This document shows positions 46,376 to 56,068 of a DNA stretch of 64,000 nt, piece by piece. The number at the start of each line of letters is the position of its first letter. Position 1 is the first letter of the stretch. The translations under genes were made by a program, and so were the position numbers. The stretch comes from an uncultured Candidatus Saccharibacteria bacterium (GTDB taxonomy: Bacteria > Patescibacteriota > Minisyncoccia > Phycocordibacterales > UBA12088): contig CAZLUD010000001.1 in the NCBI GenBank assembly GCA_964562615.1, positions 257,072-321,071 on the forward strand, given 5' to 3'. Under the pieces are notes generated by a model, which saw nothing but the letters and a program-made list of their open reading frames with translations, did not search any database and was not told where the DNA came from.

Positions 46376-47787
46376 TAGTAGACACCATATAGTCCTCCGT
46401 ACATGAGCAAGGCAACCCAATAAGAAAATTGGGGTATGTGCAGGGTTATAAATGGCAGCTCAGAGAGCCAAGTAGTAACCGTAAGTTGATACGAAAGCAC
46501 CATGCTGGTTACCGCACCCGGCACCACGGCAACCAAACTTAGTGGGGATGGCAACAATCCAATAACACCTGTTATAAACCCAAGCGCCATAGCAAGTGGT
46601 ACCACCAAGAGTACTGCTATGTTTGATAGCGGAGCAATAAGTGACATGGCGCCCGAAAACCACAAAAGATGTGGGAGTACAAATAGTTGAGTGGCGCAGG
46701 TGGTTGCCAATATTTCACGAATACTAAACGATCGCGTCACTCGTCCAAACATCCTTTGCATAATAGGGGTAAAATAAATAATTCCTATTGTTGCTAAAAA
46801 CGACAATTGAAATGAGGGGTCGAAGGCAAGAATTAGTGGATGAAAAAACACCATGATCCCTCCTGCGATAATAAGTGCTCGGGTAATGTTGTAGTTTCTC
46901 CCCACCACCCTTGAGAGGAGAACAATAAGCGCCATAATTGAAGCGCGAACAATAGTTGCAGAGCCACCGGTAAGTATTGCAAAAAGAATAATACTGATAC
47001 CTCCAACAAACGCTCCTATACCTGTAGGGAGAAACCCGAGTGCGCGAAGTAACCAGTCGGCAATAATACTGACGTTATATCCAGAGAGAACCACAATATG
47101 GATAAGCCCCGTGTCACGAAAACGACGCAACAACTCCTCACCCATAGACTCTTTTGCACCAAGAAGTAGGCCTCCGAGTAATGACATTTGTGGTTCTGGG
47201 ATAACACGTTGTAGTGACCCTAAAAAGCGTTCTTTGTGTGAAAACAAAAATTCTTTTATTCGATTACCTTCATGTTTCCCAATTATTGATACCTTTGGAT
47301 AGGCCATGATGGCAGTAATGCCATCTTTAAGAAGCCACGCTTCGTATGCAAATTCTCTCCCTTCATCTGTTGTAAATGTGGTGGGGCGCTCAATTACTCC
47401 ATCAAGAGATACCTTGTCGCCATATGAAAGATCGTGACTTAGTGGCAATGTGACGCGAATACGTGTCGTATCCGTTGCTACCACCACATGCTGATTTTTG
47501 TCTCGTGTATCAGGTTCATCGACTATTACTCCTTCAATAACGGCATGTCCATACATGGGACGAGTGGCTTCTATGGCATCGATATGAAGATCGGTACGCA
47601 ACACCCCAATACTTACTGATAGTAAAAAAATTGCCATCACAGTCCCCTTGGTACGTAGGGTGAGTACAGAAACGAATGAAAGCAACCAAAGAAACACCAC
47701 CCCTGAGACGCCAAAATCAAAAAAAGATCGCCACAGGACACCGAGTCCTGTGGCGATCACCATGAGTTCAATAAAATATTTTCTCAT
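46324..47787 (-). CDS. comEC: ComEC competence membrane channel (without MBL domain)
   Basis: GLIHIVVLSGYN, VRASIM, SFQLSFLAT motifs. Confidence 0.92.
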   Translation of the reverse strand: MRKYFIELMVIATGLGVLWRSFFDFGVSGVVFLWLLSFVSVLTLRTKGTVMAIFLLSVSIGVLRTDLHIDAIEATRPMYGHAVIEGVIVDEPDTRDKNQHVVVATDTTRIRVTLPLSHDLSYGDKVSLDGVIERPTTFTTDEGREFAYEAWLLKDGITAIMAYPKVSIIGKHEGNRIKEFLFSHKERFLGSLQRVIPEPQMSLLGGLLLGAKESMGEELLRRFRDTGLIHIVVLSGYNVSIIADWLLRALGFLPTGIGAFVGGISIILFAILTGGSATIVRASIMALIVLLSRVVGRNYNITRALIIAGGIMVFFHPLILAFDPSFQLSFLATIGIIYFTPIMQRMFGRVTRSFSIREILATTCATQLFVLPHLLWFSGAMSLIAPLSNIAVLLVVPLAMALGFITGVIGLLPSPLSLVAVVPGAVTSMVLSYQLTVTTWLSELPFITLHIPQFSYWVALLMYGGLYGVYYYARKEKRDATVSKFIA

Positions 47788-48143
47788 GCTTTTAGTTTTC
47801 TCATTACGTCAATGATGAGTGTTACAAACAACAATAAACTCAACAACAGAAACGGTATACCTAGCAGTTGTGATCCGGTTAGCAGTTTTGATAGTCCAAA
47901 CGGAAATAAAATAGTCACCCCGTAAAACTGACACCCGTTTATAAATTTAGATTGCTCGGTGGTGATACCTTTTTCGGCAATCACTTCTTTTGCTGATAAC
48001 CGAGGATATAAGTACAGAGGAATATATTTGAAGATGGTTAATGGGATTATGCCCACCAACATCTTCCAAGAACCAAACACAAATAAGTGCGTTATTCCAA
48101 TAAATTGCAAAAGTACTCCAAAAAAAACGAGTCGCATTGCCAT
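47784..48143 (-). CDS. Hypothetical four-TM membrane protein
   Basis: GGAGG SD region; ATGA overlap with the comEC start. Confidence 0.55.
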   Translation of the reverse strand: MAMRLVFFGVLLQFIGITHLFVFGSWKMLVGIIPLTIFKYIPLYLYPRLSAKEVIAEKGITTEQSKFINGCQFYGVTILFPFGLSKLLTGSQLLGIPFLLLSLLLFVTLIIDVMRKLKA

Positions 48144-48206
48144 CTCTATCTCCCTCCAATAGACGACCTGACAAAAAAGATACTCTTTATAGAAAAATTG
48201 GCAAGA

Positions 48207-48626
48207 CTACACTGCGCCATCCATAGCGATGTTTGCAAGCTCGTCAGCTTTTGCGTTTTGTTCTCTTCTTATATGCACAAATGACACATGAGCAAATCGC
48301 ACAAGAAGCGCTCGCACTCGTTCGTGTTGCTTTTTTAATCCAGGATCTTTTACTTTATACTCGCCTCTCATTTGCTTAATGATAAGCTCACTATCCATAT
48401 GCACGAGCACATTCTTGCTTTCTTGCTTGTGAGCAATGAGTAACTGGAGTCCCTCTATAAGACCTTCGTATTCAGCGTAATTATTTGTTTGGTGCCCAAT
48501 ATACTTTGCGTGTTCAAAAACGATTTCACCTGCCGAATCTTTTGCCCACACACCAATCCCGGATATGCCAGGATTACCCCTTGCTCCTCCATCCGTATAT
48601 AATTCTATAATTTCTTTCATAGGCAT
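48207..48626 (-). CDS. rnhA: Ribonuclease HI
   Basis: YTDGGARGNPG, TNNYAEY, DSEL, N..AD.LAN motifs. Confidence 0.92.
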   Translation of the reverse strand: MPMKEIIELYTDGGARGNPGISGIGVWAKDSAGEIVFEHAKYIGHQTNNYAEYEGLIEGLQLLIAHKQESKNVLVHMDSELIIKQMRGEYKVKDPGLKKQHERVRALLVRFAHVSFVHIRREQNAKADELANIAMDGAV

Positions 48627-48630
48627 GCGT

Positions 48631-48658
48631 GCACTATCGCGATATATCGCGATAGTGC
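48631..48658. repeat. Perfect 28-bp palindrome (CGATATATCG family)
   Basis: gcactatcgcgatatatcgcgatagtgc. Confidence 0.95.
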
Positions 48659-48666
48659 CTGTGGGG

Positions 48667-49068
48667 TTATCTTTTATTACGTGGGCGCAGACTCTGCCAC
48701 CTCCCGTTACCTACTACTGGTGGCAATCCTACTCTAAGCGCATACTCAATATTTTTCCATAGTGACTCACTGCGTTTGGCATTACTAAACAATCGTTGCA
48801 ACGATTCAAATCCTCCAGTGGTAATCATTGCTGCATACGTTCGTACCGTAGAATCACTCACGCTCAGTATTTTTGCGATTCTATAGGTAGAATATCCTCT
48901 TACCACCATACCTATAATCGCCAAACGCTTGGCAAGCATAACCCGTTCTGTTGGAGTAAACAAACTAAGTATTACTTGAGATTTTTGTTGCGAAAGTAAT
49001 TCAGCAAATTCTTCAGTGATTTTTTTGTCTGCGTACTCTTGAATATGTTTTTTTGAGACATGTGCCAC
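48667..49068 (-). CDS. TrpR/YerC-YecD-like helix-turn-helix protein
   Basis: LFTPTERVMLAKRLAI…STYRIAKILSVSDSTV; GTG start near a GGAGG. Confidence 0.75.
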   Translation of the reverse strand: MAHVSKKHIQEYADKKITEEFAELLSQQKSQVILSLFTPTERVMLAKRLAIIGMVVRGYSTYRIAKILSVSDSTVRTYAAMITTGGFESLQRLFSNAKRSESLWKNIEYALRVGLPPVVGNGRWQSLRPRNKR

Positions 49069-49073
49069 CCCTC

Positions 49074-49099
49074 CAATATAGCGATATATCGCTATATTG
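49074..49099. repeat. Perfect 26-bp palindrome (CGATATATCG family)
   Basis: caatatagcgatatatcgctatattg. Confidence 0.95.
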
Positions 49100-49130
49100 T
49101 CGTGAAAGTTTTCCACCATACCTAGCCAAT

Positions 49131-49160
49131 CACACTATCGCGATATATCGCGATAGTGTG
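49131..49160. repeat. Perfect 30-bp palindrome (CGATATATCG family)
   Basis: cacactatcgcgatatatcgcgatagtgtg. Confidence 0.95.
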
Positions 49161-50828
49161 TTACACAGAGAGTGATGAATCATCCATTACAATATCTAAT
49201 ATTCTAATACGCACAGAGGTACGTCCCATAAACGTACCGCTCTCTATGTTTCCCATCACCGTCACTCTCTTACCCGCCTCAGGAAACACCGCAAAGTCTG
49301 TTGGTTTTTTAAAAAATGCTATCGCTTCTCGCTTTGTTCTTTTATCATCAACGCAGACCATGCGCACATGCTCACCGCTTTTACCAAATGATGCTACCTC
49401 TTTAATCTGCACTGGTGTGATTTTTAAATACGGTTTTTTGTTACCTTCCCCAAACGGGCGTAGCGTTTCTAAGCTCTCTAGGAACGAATCTGATATTTCT
49501 GTAAGTGAAACCGTAATGACGTGCGGTGTATCAGCGCTATTTGTTACTTTGGGTATAGTGCGCATCACCGTTACCAGTGCCTCTTCCAAAAAATGAATTT
49601 GTTCGTGAGAAACAGAAAATCCTCCCGAACAATCATGTCCTCCCTTATCTAAAAAATGTTCATGTGCTCGCTCCATAATCTCCATTACATTGTAGCCAAC
49701 AGGAGACCTACATGACCCCTTTATTACAGAACCATCTTCTCGTCCCCACAAAAATACCGGTACTCCGTATTCACCCATGAGCGTATTGGCAACAAGTCCA
49801 AGTAAGGAAGGTTTCCATGATGGGTCACCAAGAACAATGACTCCGTTTATTTCTCTGTGCGCGAGACGCTTTCTCACCTCTTTAACGAGCGACGCCACCA
49901 CCCCCTTTCGTTTGTTATTAAGCAAATCAAGTTCGCGCGCGAGCGTCTCTGCCTCCTGCGCACTCTCGGTCGCAAGTAATCTAAATGCTCGTTCAGGTAC
50001 TCCCATTCTACTTGCTGCATTAATACGTGGGCTAATACCAAACCCAATATCATCCTCAGTGAGTGTTTTTTGATCAATACGCAAACGCTTTAGGAGCGCT
50101 CGAATACCTGGTCGAAATGTTTTTCGCATAACCTGAAGACCGTACCGTGCAAAAGCACGATTCTCTCCGACGAGCGGTACCATATCTGATAATGTTGCTA
50201 TAGCAACCATATCAAGAAGCCATTTCTCCCACCCAACAGGGGCACCTTCGATAGGTCTAAGTGCAATTAGTGCTCTCACTAATTGAAACGCCACACCAGC
50301 GCCGCAGATATCTTTATTTGGATATATATCATCCTTTTGTTTTGGATTAACGAGCGCGATTGCTGCTGGTGGACTCTCTGGCACAACGTGATGATCGGTT
50401 ATTATCACATCAACACCAAGCGCTCGAGCACGGTCCACCTCTTTAGTATCTGTCGATCCACAATCGACGGTAATGATGAGTGTTGCTCCGCTGTCTGCTA
50501 TCTCTTCTATTGCCGGCACATTGAGGCCAAACCCCTCAAGCACTCTATGCGGGGTATAAACTCGAACATGTTCATACTTCACTTTTTTAAAATAATCATG
50601 CAGGATGACACCACCAGGAATGCCGTCAGTATCATAATCGGTATAAATGACGATGTGCTCTTGATTATCCATAGCGGCAAGTATTCGTTTTCCCGCTGTT
50701 TCTATTTGAGAAAGTAAAAATGGATTATGAACATCTCTGTCATAATCAGGATACAAAAATACCTTGCGCGCCTCCTCATCAACGAGCCCTCGGGAAATAA
50801 GTAATCGTTCTATAAGCTCTGGCGTCAT
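49161..50828 (-). CDS. recJ: Single-stranded DNA exonuclease RecJ
   Basis: DYDTDG, TVDCG, TDHH, PRINAASR, GSCRS, GGH motifs. Confidence 0.95.
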   Translation of the reverse strand: MTPELIERLLISRGLVDEEARKVFLYPDYDRDVHNPFLLSQIETAGKRILAAMDNQEHIVIYTDYDTDGIPGGVILHDYFKKVKYEHVRVYTPHRVLEGFGLNVPAIEEIADSGATLIITVDCGSTDTKEVDRARALGVDVIITDHHVVPESPPAAIALVNPKQKDDIYPNKDICGAGVAFQLVRALIALRPIEGAPVGWEKWLLDMVAIATLSDMVPLVGENRAFARYGLQVMRKTFRPGIRALLKRLRIDQKTLTEDDIGFGISPRINAASRMGVPERAFRLLATESAQEAETLARELDLLNNKRKGVVASLVKEVRKRLAHREINGVIVLGDPSWKPSLLGLVANTLMGEYGVPVFLWGREDGSVIKGSCRSPVGYNVMEIMERAHEHFLDKGGHDCSGGFSVSHEQIHFLEEALVTVMRTIPKVTNSADTPHVITVSLTEISDSFLESLETLRPFGEGNKKPYLKITPVQIKEVASFGKSGEHVRMVCVDDKRTKREAIAFFKKPTDFAVFPEAGKRVTVMGNIESGTFMGRTSVRIRILDIVMDDSSLSV

Positions 50829-50891
50829 AGACGCATATTGTACCACGTGGCTACTCCATGATTTATGTACGGCGTGGTAGTCTATTGCTGT

Positions 50892-51290
50892 ATGCAAGAC
50901 TCAATATTTACAAAAATTTTGAAGGGTGAGGTGCCTGGAGTGATAGTGTGGCAAGATGAAAAAGCCTTTATTCTTATGGATAAATTTCCCTCAGTGGAAG
51001 GGCAAGCACTCGTCATTCCTAAAACTCAGATTGACTATATGTTCTCGCTTGATGAGGAGTTGTACCTGCATCTGTGGCATATTACCAACCACCTTGCGAG
51101 AGCTATGAATGCGTCATTTCCAAACACACGAGTCTGCGTCGTAGTAGAAGGATTTGATGTACCACACGTCCATATACGCGTATATCCTGTACCACACGGG
51201 AAACCACTTATTGCTCACAAAGGTGAGATGGCAGATGATGAGGTAATGGAAAAATTAGCACAAACAATACGATCTTCACTTACGCTATAG
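50892..51290 (+). CDS. HIT family hydrolase
   Basis: SIFTKI, LVIPK, GFDVPHVHIR (the third His is Arg). Confidence 0.85.
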   Translation: MQDSIFTKILKGEVPGVIVWQDEKAFILMDKFPSVEGQALVIPKTQIDYMFSLDEELYLHLWHITNHLARAMNASFPNTRVCVVVEGFDVPHVHIRVYPVPHGKPLIAHKGEMADDEVMEKLAQTIRSSLTL

Positions 51291-51762
51291 AAACAACATG
51301 CGGATTTACTACCGTGCGATAATCGGCTGAGGTTATCGCCATCGAAACTCCTCTGTCACCCGCATTAAAAATAATCTCGTTGTTGGTATATAGCGATATA
51401 TCGCTATATACCGGAAGGTTCCATAGTATACCAAAGGGTGGCACCCCACCTGGCTTAACACCGTCGGTAATCTCTCCGACCTCTTCAGGAGTAGCAAACC
51501 GTATATCACTTGCACCGAGTACCTCTTTTAGCTTCTTTGAGTCAAATTTTTTATCTCCCGGAACCACCACCATAACAAAAAACTTTTCCCCCGAGCGCTT
51601 TACTCTCACAATGAGTGCTTTAGCCCCTTGAGACAATGAATACTCTGGACGCACCATTGCCGCCTCTTCGCTGGTGCGAACTGGTTCATGAACAAATTTT
51701 TTATATATTACGCCGCGTGATACCAGCAATGATTCAATAAGGGCTACTGTTTTATGCTCCAT
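51280..51762 (-). CDS. YbaK/ProX aminoacyl-tRNA editing domain protein
   Basis: TSEEAA, AKALI, GGVPPFG, FNAG motifs. Confidence 0.88.
   Translation of the reverse strand: MEHKTVALIESLLVSRGVIYKKFVHEPVRTSEEAAMVRPEYSLSQGAKALIVRVKRSGEKFFVMVVVPGDKKFDSKKLKEVLGASDIRFATPEEVGEITDGVKPGGVPPFGILWNLPVYSDISLYTNNEIIFNAGDRGVSMAITSADYRTVVNPHVVSIA
51385..51412. repeat. Perfect 28-bp palindrome inside the ybaK-like CDS
   Basis: ggtatatagcgatatatcgctatatacc. Confidence 0.93.
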
Positions 51763-51764
51763 AG

Positions 51765-52895
51765 TTAGTTACTGTGCTTAAGCGCCTCAAGTCCCACAAG
51801 AGTACCTTCTGCGAGATAATCAAGCATTGCACCACCGCCTGTTGAGAGAAAGGTGAATTTGTCTTCAAGCGAAAGGCGTCCAATAGAGGCGATAGTATCT
51901 CCTCCGCCCACAATTGATGTAGCAGATGAAGCGGCGACTGCCTTTGCTAGTTGTTCTGTCTCTCTTGTGTAGCCCTTTTCATAATTTCCAAGTGGACCAT
52001 TCCATAGAATGGTTTTTGCCTCAGCGACAAGCGAAGAAAGCATGTCAGTAGTTTTTGTACCGACATCCATAATCACATCGTGTGGGAGCACTTCAGTGGG
52101 AGCCACCACCAAAGAATCTTCTCCGCGAGAAACGGTTACATCAATAGGAAGCAGGATATTTTTATTGCTCATAAGTGACGCGATCGCCTGCGTATCAGAA
52201 GAAACAAGGGATTCCCCAACCTCATACCCCATTTCTTTAAAAAAGTCATTTGCGATTGCACCGCCAATAAATATAGTGTCGTAGTGTTGTAGTCTACGTA
52301 TCAGTGGTATTTTTGTAGCAAACTTTGCTCCACCAAGAATAAGAAGTGATGGCGAAACAGGAGTAAGCGCAGTATCAAGATTAGTGACTTCATCCATACA
52401 CTCTATGCCAGCATATGATGGAAGAAGAGTAGGCACGCCAACAATTGATGCGTGCGCTCTGTGTGATGCTGCAAATGCGTCATTAACATACGCCTCAGCT
52501 AACCCAGCGAGTCGCGCTGAAAATGCTTTGTCCGCCTCTACTTCACCGGGATTACTTCGTAGATTTTCAAGTAATAAAACTTCACCTTCTGCAAGAGATA
52601 CTTGAAGACGCTCTGCTTCATCAAGTGTTTTTGCAAAATGAATAGGGACATGTTGCTGTAAGTAGTGATAAACAGGACCAAGGGTACCCTGCCCATCTTT
52701 ACCAATATGTGAAATAAGCACTACTCTACCCCCACCACGAATAATTGCAGTAATTGTAGGGAGCGCTCTTCTAATACGAAAATCATTAGTAATAACACCA
52801 TTATCTATTGGTACATTAAGATCAGCGCGCACCAAGACACACCGACCAGCAATATCCTCAGGAGAAAAAGTTCGAAGTTTATTTAGTTGCGTCAT
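51765..52895 (-). CDS. pgk: Phosphoglycerate kinase
   Basis: RADLNVP, NDAF..SHRAHAS, WNGPLG, STGGGA motifs. Confidence 0.96.
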   Translation of the reverse strand: MTQLNKLRTFSPEDIAGRCVLVRADLNVPIDNGVITNDFRIRRALPTITAIIRGGGRVVLISHIGKDGQGTLGPVYHYLQQHVPIHFAKTLDEAERLQVSLAEGEVLLLENLRSNPGEVEADKAFSARLAGLAEAYVNDAFAASHRAHASIVGVPTLLPSYAGIECMDEVTNLDTALTPVSPSLLILGGAKFATKIPLIRRLQHYDTIFIGGAIANDFFKEMGYEVGESLVSSDTQAIASLMSNKNILLPIDVTVSRGEDSLVVAPTEVLPHDVIMDVGTKTTDMLSSLVAEAKTILWNGPLGNYEKGYTRETEQLAKAVAASSATSIVGGGDTIASIGRLSLEDKFTFLSTGGGAMLDYLAEGTLVGLEALKHSN

Positions 52896-53658
52896 GCACA
52901 GCACTTACAATTTTTGTAAACAGTGATGCATCAAGTGATGCATGCCCTACCAACAGCCCATCTACCATTCCTTCTGTAATGATAGCCTGAGCATTCTCTG
53001 GAGAAACTGAGCCACCATACAGAATTGGCACCGCAAATGCCACGGACTTCTCTGTCATGTCAGTGAGCACTTTGCGTATAAACAATACTGTCTCGTGCAC
53101 ATCAGTGGGGCGCATTGCATCTTCTGGTGCTTTTCCTATTGCCCACACAGGCTCGTAGGCGACAAGCACTCGCTTGAGCAACGATGGCGAGACATCGTTA
53201 AGTGATTGTTCAATCTCATCTTTAAGAAAATCAAGATACGCGCCAGATTTATCGCGTACTTGTTCACCAATACAAACAATTGGGGTAAGTCCAGCAGCTA
53301 GCGCTGCGTGTACCTTTTTATTGATGAGTGCATTGTCTTCACCTCTGGCTCTTCTTTCTGAGTGTCCTAGTAATACATACTTAACTCCAAGCTGTTTAAG
53401 TTGAGTTGGAGATACATCGCCGGTGTGTGCGCCGGTTGCCGCCATACCTGCGTCTTGCGCGCCCAAAGAGAGAAGTTTTAATCCAGTAAATCCAGCAACA
53501 GCACTTATATGCACATGGCTAGGCGCGAGAACAATATGGACAGCAGTCGCCTTCTTCAGGCCTGTTTTGATAGCTTTTGCAAGCGACTTCACCTTGGTTG
53601 GTGACTCCGGATTCATTTTAAAATTGGCAACAACGTACCGTAGTGTTCTTTTTTTCAT
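52879..53658 (-). CDS. tpiA: Triosephosphate isomerase
   Basis: NFKMN, GHSERR, AYEPVWAIG, YGGSV motifs. Confidence 0.96.
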   Translation of the reverse strand: MKKRTLRYVVANFKMNPESPTKVKSLAKAIKTGLKKATAVHIVLAPSHVHISAVAGFTGLKLLSLGAQDAGMAATGAHTGDVSPTQLKQLGVKYVLLGHSERRARGEDNALINKKVHAALAAGLTPIVCIGEQVRDKSGAYLDFLKDEIEQSLNDVSPSLLKRVLVAYEPVWAIGKAPEDAMRPTDVHETVLFIRKVLTDMTEKSVAFAVPILYGGSVSPENAQAIITEGMVDGLLVGHASLDASLFTKIVSAVHDATK

Positions 53659-53688
53659 GCCACCTAAGTATAGCATGTGAGGAATACT

Positions 53689-53988
53689 CTATTTACGCTT
53701 TAACGAGACTCCAAAAGAAAGCACTACAAGGCCCCCGATTAGTGCTGCAATCTCTTTTGTAGGGAGAGGTTCCGTTGGGCTCACGTATGAGTCGTGCACC
53801 GCGAGTGCCGCGGCAATAGTGAGCACCCCACCTATGATGGTAATACTTCCTCGTACTACTGTAAGTGGGTCAATGCCCACGATTTTTTTTATCTCACGCG
53901 TGATTGCCTCTTTTTGCTTTTGCTCAGTAAGATGCTTGAGTGCTTCATTTTGATTGCGCTTTTCAAGATCGCTATATTCAATAGACAT
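53689..53988 (-). CDS. Hypothetical two-TM protein
   Basis: Clean ORF with TATACT immediately upstream. Confidence 0.55.
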   Translation of the reverse strand: MSIEYSDLEKRNQNEALKHLTEQKQKEAITREIKKIVGIDPLTVVRGSITIIGGVLTIAAALAVHDSYVSPTEPLPTKEIAALIGGLVVLSFGVSLKRK

Positions 53989-54020
53989 ATAATGAGTATA
54001 TATCGCTCACCCTATAGTGA

Positions 54021-55445
54021 CTAGTTCATTTCTCGCCACTCTACAAACATAAAGTCGTCTGATGTGTACGGGGTAAGTGGGGGCGGACTGGTAGAAAGCT
54101 TTCTGTCATAGTTATTTTCTCTTTCAGCATATCCTGAGCAATACACACTTGAACACAACCACTGGGTTCCCTCTCTACCGTTTGAAACGATAGTTCCTTG
54201 GACGGTAAGCAAATCCTGCTTTACATATGAGTCCAGCGAAGTTGGCACCTCGTTAGTACCAGTAGTCGTGTAGTGATTTCTTCCAAAGTGACCCGTTTGC
54301 GCAATATAGATACCACTAAGTGTCATGATGTTGGGTGACTGAAGTGGGATGAGTACATCTTCCTCTGCTACCAACGTAAATCCATCGACCCCAGAATTAT
54401 TTACATACGTAATGTTACCTGAGAGAATTGCTCGTGTTGAAATTGCCGGACTATTTTCATTTGCTGATACGACGGTCACCTTTCCACTTACCACACCATC
54501 GATCCACACATTGTCCTCGACAAAAATGATCGGACATTGTGCGGGTATGATTCGATTTTCTATAAAGCGTTGTCTGTTTATTATTTCATAATTCCTATGC
54601 CATCCAAGTTCGTTAGAATATGCCCACACGTAGCTTGTGCTTTGTACGTCATATATATCTACCGAACCATTATTTTTTAAGACAAGATGATACCCCGCGC
54701 CTCGTGGATTGAGATAAATGCCACCGTTATTTCTTGCTGCATTCTTCATCGCGGTGAGATTAAGAGTGATGCCAGCAAAATCAATTGATGGGGTCGGATA
54801 CTTCCACAACTCATTTCCACTCCCTACGCCAAATATCCCGGGCTTTGTCTCACCCGCAGAGCTACACCCAAAACTCGACGTACAGAACCAATTGGTAAGG
54901 GCGCTGGTAACACTAGAATAATTTGTACCATCCATTCGGATACCACCGTTTGAGTGGTATCTACCAAAAATCTCTCTGTCATTTCCTGCCCACACATTAC
55001 TGTTTAGTATGTATGCATACTCAGCAACCGACGGCCGTGCATACTTTGCATATATCTCTCTTGTTAGGGTTGGCTCTGCAGTGGTGTAGCCTGTTGACCG
55101 TATCTCTACTGCTGATAACTGCCCGCAGTAACTATTACCTTCTACCTCGAGAGAAAACTCTCCCACGGTCCCAGTCTCTGGATCGGTATACTCATGTACA
55201 TATGGACCAGCTGCATTGGTGCCATCCTGCAAATCTTGCGGATAGTGTGCGAGGCGCCATTTGTAATACTCAAGCCCCGCCTCTGCAATATGTATCGCCT
55301 TCTCTCTGTTCTCTTTTGAAAATTGTAATTTTTTTTGTACCAACACAAACCCAACAAGCGATGAGGTAAGTGTCACAAATAGCGTACCAAACACTAGCGT
55401 GAGAATTATGAGAGAACCTTTTTCATTGTGATGATGACGATACAT
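54021..55445 (-). CDS. PilX-like minor pilin
   Basis: KG-SLIILTL prepilin site without E5; AIHIAEAGLE motif. Confidence 0.8.
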   Translation of the reverse strand: MYRHHHNEKGSLIILTLVFGTLFVTLTSSLVGFVLVQKKLQFSKENREKAIHIAEAGLEYYKWRLAHYPQDLQDGTNAAGPYVHEYTDPETGTVGEFSLEVEGNSYCGQLSAVEIRSTGYTTAEPTLTREIYAKYARPSVAEYAYILNSNVWAGNDREIFGRYHSNGGIRMDGTNYSSVTSALTNWFCTSSFGCSSAGETKPGIFGVGSGNELWKYPTPSIDFAGITLNLTAMKNAARNNGGIYLNPRGAGYHLVLKNNGSVDIYDVQSTSYVWAYSNELGWHRNYEIINRQRFIENRIIPAQCPIIFVEDNVWIDGVVSGKVTVVSANENSPAISTRAILSGNITYVNNSGVDGFTLVAEEDVLIPLQSPNIMTLSGIYIAQTGHFGRNHYTTTGTNEVPTSLDSYVKQDLLTVQGTIVSNGREGTQWLCSSVYCSGYAERENNYDRKLSTSPPPLTPYTSDDFMFVEWREMN

Positions 55446-55456
55446 GTCTACGGGTG

Positions 55457-56068
55457 CTAATTGCTTCTTACATTTCTTAATGAGGCAGTTGATCGCAAGG
55501 TAAACTCTTCAGGAAGACGGGTAGGATTTATATTTACTATAACGGTAACTCCTACAATTGCCACGTCACTTACTCGAGTGTAATCAAGTATCTCTGTACC
55601 GGTCGCATCATAGTACTCAAGCATTGGTACATCATCCTCACCATTTCGTACATCTTCAGACACCACCGTTACCTCTCCCGTACCATCAACGTATGTAAGT
55701 GGTGTGCCGGTCGGATTTACCGTCTCACGTACAAGCACGGTACCGTTAAGATAATAATGTATGCGCTCTACTGCATTGTCTCTGTCGGTGTCGCTGTAAA
55801 AATACAACTCGGTATCACTCATTGAAATAATCGGATAGGAACCTTCTTCAGAATACGTTGCTTCACGCACATCACGAACCATATATTCAACACCCTTACG
55901 CGCACTTGATAGTGCGAGTGCCTGTTCTATCGCGTTTGCATTTGTTCGGTAAAAAAATAAGACAGACGAAGCAATCGCAAGCATCGCGAGCGTCGAAATG
56001 GAAATCACAATAATACTTTCTATGAGTGTGAACCCTTTCTTTTGCATTACTAGATGGATTATTTTCAT
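55457..56068 (-). CDS. Prepilin-type minor pilin (PilW-like)
   Basis: KKG-FTLIE motif. Confidence 0.85.
   Translation of the reverse strand: MKIIHLVMQKKGFTLIESIIVISISTLAMLAIASSVLFFYRTNANAIEQALALSSARKGVEYMVRDVREATYSEEGSYPIISMSDTELYFYSDTDRDNAVERIHYYLNGTVLVRETVNPTGTPLTYVDGTGEVTVVSEDVRNGEDDVPMLEYYDATGTEILDYTRVSDVAIVGVTVIVNINPTRLPEEFTLRSTASLRNVRSN

Noticed and set aside
48631-49160. Palindromes as a CRISPR array or as terminators
   Set aside because: Spacing is irregular, there are no unique spacers of constant length or cas genes, and there is no loop or U tract.
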